DNA of 64,000 nucleotides, taken from Chlorokybus atmophyticus (lineage: Eukaryota > Plantae > Mesostigma and Chlorokybus algae). The stretch lies in contig RHPI01000193.1 in NCBI GenBank assembly GCA_009103225.1, positions 1-64,000 on the forward strand, read 5' to 3'. Positions within the stretch are counted from its first letter, which is position 1. Each line of letters opens with the position of its first letter. This document shows, one piece after another, positions 58,854 to 64,000 of the stretch. Both the position numbers and the translations under genes were made by a program. Under the pieces are notes generated by a model. That model had not been told where the DNA came from. It worked only from the letters and a program-made list of their open reading frames with translations, and searched no databases.

Positions 58854-61800
58854 ATGGAGGGCGATTGCCGCACCAGGCGGAGGAAGGCACCGTCGCCCTC
58901 GATGGAGATGGAGATCGGAGGAAGGAGAAGCAGACGGAGCAGAAGCAGCACCTTAAGCCTGGTGCTGCTGCTGCTGCTGCTTGGGGTTTGTTTCAGCATA
59001 GCAGCAGCATTTGATGGTGGTGAGGTTGATCTTGGGGCGGGGGGAATTAGGGTGGATGGGGCTGGGCACGAGGGGGACGACGTTAGGCAAGGGGGCGGCA
59101 GCAGCAGCGGCATTGTGGCCGCCGCAGGGCCGTCCACAGTCCCAGCGTCGTTGAGGAACATGCTGCTCTACGCCGAGCACCTGTCCTCTGCGGCGCACGC
59201 GGAGGAGGAGGAGCAAGCGGCGATGGAGGCAGGCAGCAGGAGTAGGGGGGGAAGCGGCAGGAGGAGAGGTCTGCTCGGCCTGGATGATGACGAGCAGCTC
59301 ACCACTGGCGCAGGCTGCGGGTTCTACGACGTCTTCTACGAAGGCTGCCTGCCATGCTTCTACACGTAAGCCCTTATTTCTTGTTCTCAATACAGCTGCT
59401 TTTAACAATGTGCAACATCGTGATATCATTATACATCCAGATGACAGCTAAAATCCTGTCCCCCCTCACCCCCGTGTTGATATCAAGCAGAGATTTGTCA
59501 TATGCGTTTGAATGATCCCCACCTACAAGGAGGGCAGGGGGGGAGAGGGCAAAGGGATGCTGTAAAAATCCCCCCTCCCCTCTCCNNNNNNNNNNNNNNN
59601 NNNNNNNNNNNNNNNNNNNNNNNNNNNNNNNNNNNNNNNNNNNNNNNNNNNNNNNNNNNNNNNNNNNNNNNNNNNNNNNNNNNNNNNNNNNNNNNNNCCC
59701 CCCCCCCTCCCCCCCCCTCCTGTCGTGCTTGTGTCAAACTTGCCGTCAGTCAATCCAAGTTACAAGCTTCATCACATTGTATGACTCTGCTGCAGTCCGG
59801 ACTCGTGCGACAACGATGACATATTCTACGACTTCTACACCGGGCATTTCCTGGCGCACCCACCCAAAGAAGAGTACAGGGAAGGCTTTGATGATCCCAC
59901 CCTCGCCACTCTTGGTGACAGGAACGGCCCCCCTGCGGTCTGGCAAGGCAACTTCAGGTAGAAACAAATTTGCCAAGTAACCCACATGGTGCGTGTGCAC
60001 GCTGTTGTGTTGATGAGAAAGCCCGCGTGAGAGTTCCTTGCAAACTCTTGTACGCATCTCATACATAGGTCTAAAGAGACTCCGCGTGGCGAGCTGTATT
60101 TGGGAGGTCTGCTCAGCAACGACACACTATCTGTGGTGCTGAAAGACGTTCCAGCAGCAAACACGGAGTACAACATCACAGTTGACGTGCTGTCGGGCGA
60201 CCACGCATTGCCACCACCACGCGATCTGTTGCTTACAATCGCAGGTGAGGGTGAAGTGCCCTCCCAGCTGGTCTCTTCCACCCTCCACACCACGTCCCTT
60301 GCGTACTCCTTCAACTATACGCTCACGGACATGAAGCTGGTGTTCACGTCACCCTTTGCGCTTGGGGAGTGGGGCATAGACAACTTGCTCGTCACGTCGA
60401 CCGTCGGCAACTACCCGCCTGTGGCTGAAGACAGGCAGATCTTTGCCCTTCCCGATCAGTCCGCAACAGTGGAGCTGAGAGCCACCGACGATGAATGCCA
60501 GCACCTCACCATGTTTGTCACAAGCTTGCCCACGCAAGGCACACTGTTTCTTTGCTCGTGCGACTCCCTCTGGTCCACGCCCATCACAGTAAGCGTCCGA
60601 GAACAACACCTTTGTTAATGGCACAACAAGTGTGCCTGTTATGTGCTAATGTTATGTTGGTCCGCTCTGTGCTCCTTGCAGGCTTCAATGTTGCCTGCGG
60701 AGGTGAGGAGTAGATCACACTGCAGCCGTGTTGTGTACGCGCCGGAGGCAAACCGCCCGCTGCCGTTGGAGGGCGTATCTGGACCCTTCGACCAGTTCGA
60801 ATTTGTGGCCTCCGACGGGTACACTACATCCGCACCCGCAGTCGCCAAGATTTACGTGCAGGTCGATGATACCGAAACCGACACACCCCTCGCCGGCCTG
60901 CCCGGTCTGGCGCTGTCCTTTGATGGTGTTGATGACGTTATCAGCATCTCTCGCACCGAGGTCAGCATGCATGCTGCAGTGTTATGGTTTTGGGGATGTG
61001 TGAGTATGAATAGATGAAGGTCGTGATGCCATGTGATGTTTTTTGCAGACTACGCAGCATATGTACGAACAATTTACCCTTGAAGCGAGGTTCAAGACGC
61101 GGGGTGATGTTCGCAGCACAGCCACACTGCTCCACAAGTCCCAGGCATGGTCACTGGGTTGGTTGCCGAGTTCGGGGCTGACCTTCTCACTCAACACCAC
61201 CGAGGGCCAGATCGCAGCCACCAGCCAGTCCGCATACGACGACGGCCTTTGGCACCATGTCGCGGCCGTGTGGGATGGGCGCGTGGCCACGCTCTATGTT
61301 GACGGAAAGGTTGTTGCTGCCAGCATCATCACGAGCAATGTCCCAACCCTCATGGCGTCAACATCAGACATCCTCATCGGCTCGCAAGGGTCGGAGAACG
61401 ACGCACACTTTAAGGGTTACGTTGACGAGGTTCGCATGTGGAGCTATGCAGCAGAGATGGAACAAGTGCAGGCACTCAACGTGTTGGAGCAAGAACTGAG
61501 TGGCACAGAGAGTGGCCTTGTGGTGTACCTTGCCTGCAACGACGGGTTGTCTGTCGCACCTGTTGTGCATGACAAGACGCTCGCAAGGAATGACGCCTTC
61601 TTTGGCTTGCTCAACTCCGAGGGCTATTCCGATGGCATACCATCGCGCTTCCCAACATACGCCGCCTCAACAGCTTCATTCGGCAACCACCTCTCGGCTG
61701 TTGGTGGCAGCGCGGTCAATGTCACGCTGCACGGAGCCGACAACGACGGTGGTGTGACCTTCTATATTGCCACTCTACCAGTGTTTGGCCAGTTGTATGA

Positions 61801-64000
61801 GGTCAATGGTCGGAGAATCACGTCCTCGCCTTGGGCGCTCAACACCACCACCATTGTAACCTATGTGCCGGATGCCGGTGCCAGCGGCAATGACATCTTC
61901 AAGTACCAGGCATATGATGGCGTGGAGTTCTCTTATCGCCAGGGCGTTATCATATCCGTGTCGCCCCTCAACAGCGCCCCAATCGTGAGCAGCTCTGTCG
62001 TGAACACCAACCCCGGCGAGAAGGTTCTCATCAGGCTTCACGGCTCGGACGCTGAGAACGGCACAGAGCTGGACTTCATCTTGACTGCTCTGCCCCACAA
62101 GGGTCTTTTGTACGAAGCCAACAGCCGAGGCAGGACGCGTGGCGGCCCTCTCAACGCAATCAACACCAAGGTTGACAACTATGTCGTGTACGTCCCGGAT
62201 GCCAATGGCCGCGACAGTGGCGACGACGTGTACGACAAGTTTGCGTATGTAGCTTCAGATGGCCTCTTGTTGTCACAAGAGGCTTACATCAGCATCCACG
62301 TCAACCCTGTCGGCTTCGTCGCTAGCCCTGTTGCTGGTGATGCTGGCTATGCCCTGTCCTTTGATGGTGTTACTGACAAGGTAAGAGGGTGTGCTGGAAG
62401 CAGGGTAATAATGTAACACAAGTTCTGAGCAACCCACAAGCACTGACCGACTGGTGCGTGCAGGTGGTGTTGAAGTCGTTGCGATCATATGGTGCGAACG
62501 AGTCCATGACCATCGAAGCCTGGTTCAAGACCTTCGCCAACACGCTTGTTGATGACATGACGCTGGTTAGTGCGGGACCCTTGACCGTATACTGGTCGCG
62601 TGTGGCCGGCCTGACCATTAGCATCAACGGCGTGGAAGCCAGCACTTACGCCGCATACAACGATGGCTCCTGGCATCACCTTTCAATCTCAGTAGGTGAC
62701 AATGCGACCTCCATCATCGTCGATGGCGAGTTGAGGGCTTTCAGTCTGCTCGGCAATGTGGCAATGGCAGTTGACGAGCAAGTGGTCATTGGCATTGATG
62801 CCGATGGTCTGGGCGCATTTGGTGGCCAGCTCGACGAGTTGAGCATCTGGTCGCACGCACGTAGCGTGGATGAGGTTGCACACAGTGCTCAGGGCGCTCT
62901 GACGCGCGGCGCTAAGGGGCTGAAGGCATACTACAGGTTCAACGAAGCACAGGTGCGTCTTAGTGTGGTTATGCAATTTCAATAGATTACAAGGGCATGC
63001 AATGAATACATTTGTGTGGGGCTCGGGTTGTGCTTTGTAAGATGAGACTGAGTGTTTGTGTGCAACTGTGTCACAGGGTTCTGGCATCACTGATGAGGTT
63101 AGTGGCCATCTGCTGGAGGACGCTCTGGGTGGCAGCGGTGTAGCGGAGATGCAGCCTACGTGGGTTGTCTCAAGCGTTGGTGTTGGCAATGTTGCCAATG
63201 CAACGCAGGGCGTGGATATGCTGCTGAACCTGACTGGCTCGTCGGAGTCCATGGATACTTACGACCTGATCATCGTGGAGCTCCCGAGGCAAGGCGCTTT
63301 GTATGAGGTGGAGGCCAACGGCACTCGCGGAACCAACATCACGTACACGCCGTGGGCGGTGTCCACCAGGGCCGTCATCTACAACTCTGGCTCATACAGC
63401 GGCGCATTTGGGGACAACTTTGGCACATTTGTATATGTTGCAGGCGAGGCTGATGAGGTTCTGGACATCAACTTGGACACCTTCTACGATCATCAGGCGG
63501 ATCAGTGGTCACTTGGGCGTGTGTCGCCACACCAGGCATATGTTGTACATGTTGCGCATCGCCCGGTTGTTGTGATCACAATCAATGAAGACCTCGCACC
63601 TGAGCCGGTTGCTGATGAGCACGCGGTGATGCCGATTGCGGGAGAGGCGGGCGCGGCGTTGCAGTTTAACGGCGTGGCCACAGAGATGACGCTCGGGCGT
63701 GTGCACAACTACCTGAACGACAGCTTCACGTTGGGCTTGTGGTTCCGCACGACGGCGGCCCCGTCGCCAGCTGGCATGGCGCTGGTCAGCTCCGACTTCA
63801 TCTCCATCGGTTGGGACCTTGTGTGGGGTCTGCATGTGCGCGTTGGAGAGTACATCGCACCTACTCTGCAAAACTTCAATGACGCCAGCTGGCATTTCCT
63901 CGCCGCGGAGTGGAACACAACTTACCTGTCAATTTATGTGGACGCGCAACACTATGCATCCATCCCAACTTTACCGTACCTCCAAGTCAATGACTCACTG
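58854..64000 (+). CDS. 5' part of a giant secreted multi-exon protein with alternating LamG-like jellyroll (Laminin_G_3) and Big_9/cadherin-like Ig domains
   Basis: Signal peptide SLVLLLLLLGVCFSIAAA; repeated ALSFDG..D / FT.E.WFKT / WHH / G..DE..IWS LamG motifs (at least 3) and P.A....LRA.D....L....LP..G.L....F..SDG Ig repeats; runs off the window end. Confidence 0.8.

Overview
Eukaryotic left chromosome end with (CCCTAA)n at 1-79. The TTAGGG telomere, spliceosomal introns and PNGase A-like gene suggest a green/streptophyte alga, but this is inference. Bases 80-22805 are nested LTR retrotransposons. The most striking part is a Ty3/Gypsy family (two copies plus a diverged solo repeat). Its Pol reads protease - C5 cytosine methyltransferase - RT - RNase H - DDE integrase - PHD finger. 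Its termini are not ordinary LTRs but split direct repeats, A-[gag-pol]-B-A-B. The internal B|A junction is the palindrome GACA-GC-TGTC, the integrated ends are TGTC...GACA with a 4-bp TSD, there is a 15-nt A/B overlap, and an 11-nt Tf1-like self-priming site. Together these suggest reverse transcription, circularisation and integration by a DDE integrase at an internal att junction. TSD book-keeping indicates an LTR-mediated inversion followed by telomere healing inside a chromovirus integrase. The rest of the window holds a MULE-like transposase relic with an intronic (TC)n/(TTAGGG)21 tract, a PNGase A-like gene, a composite CACTA/EnSpm region (two Tnp2 genes, Copia insertions including a Gag-protease-only element), a palindrome cluster, and the 5' part of a giant secreted LamG/Big_9-repeat gene. 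All domain calls are by motif recognition only; no searches were run.
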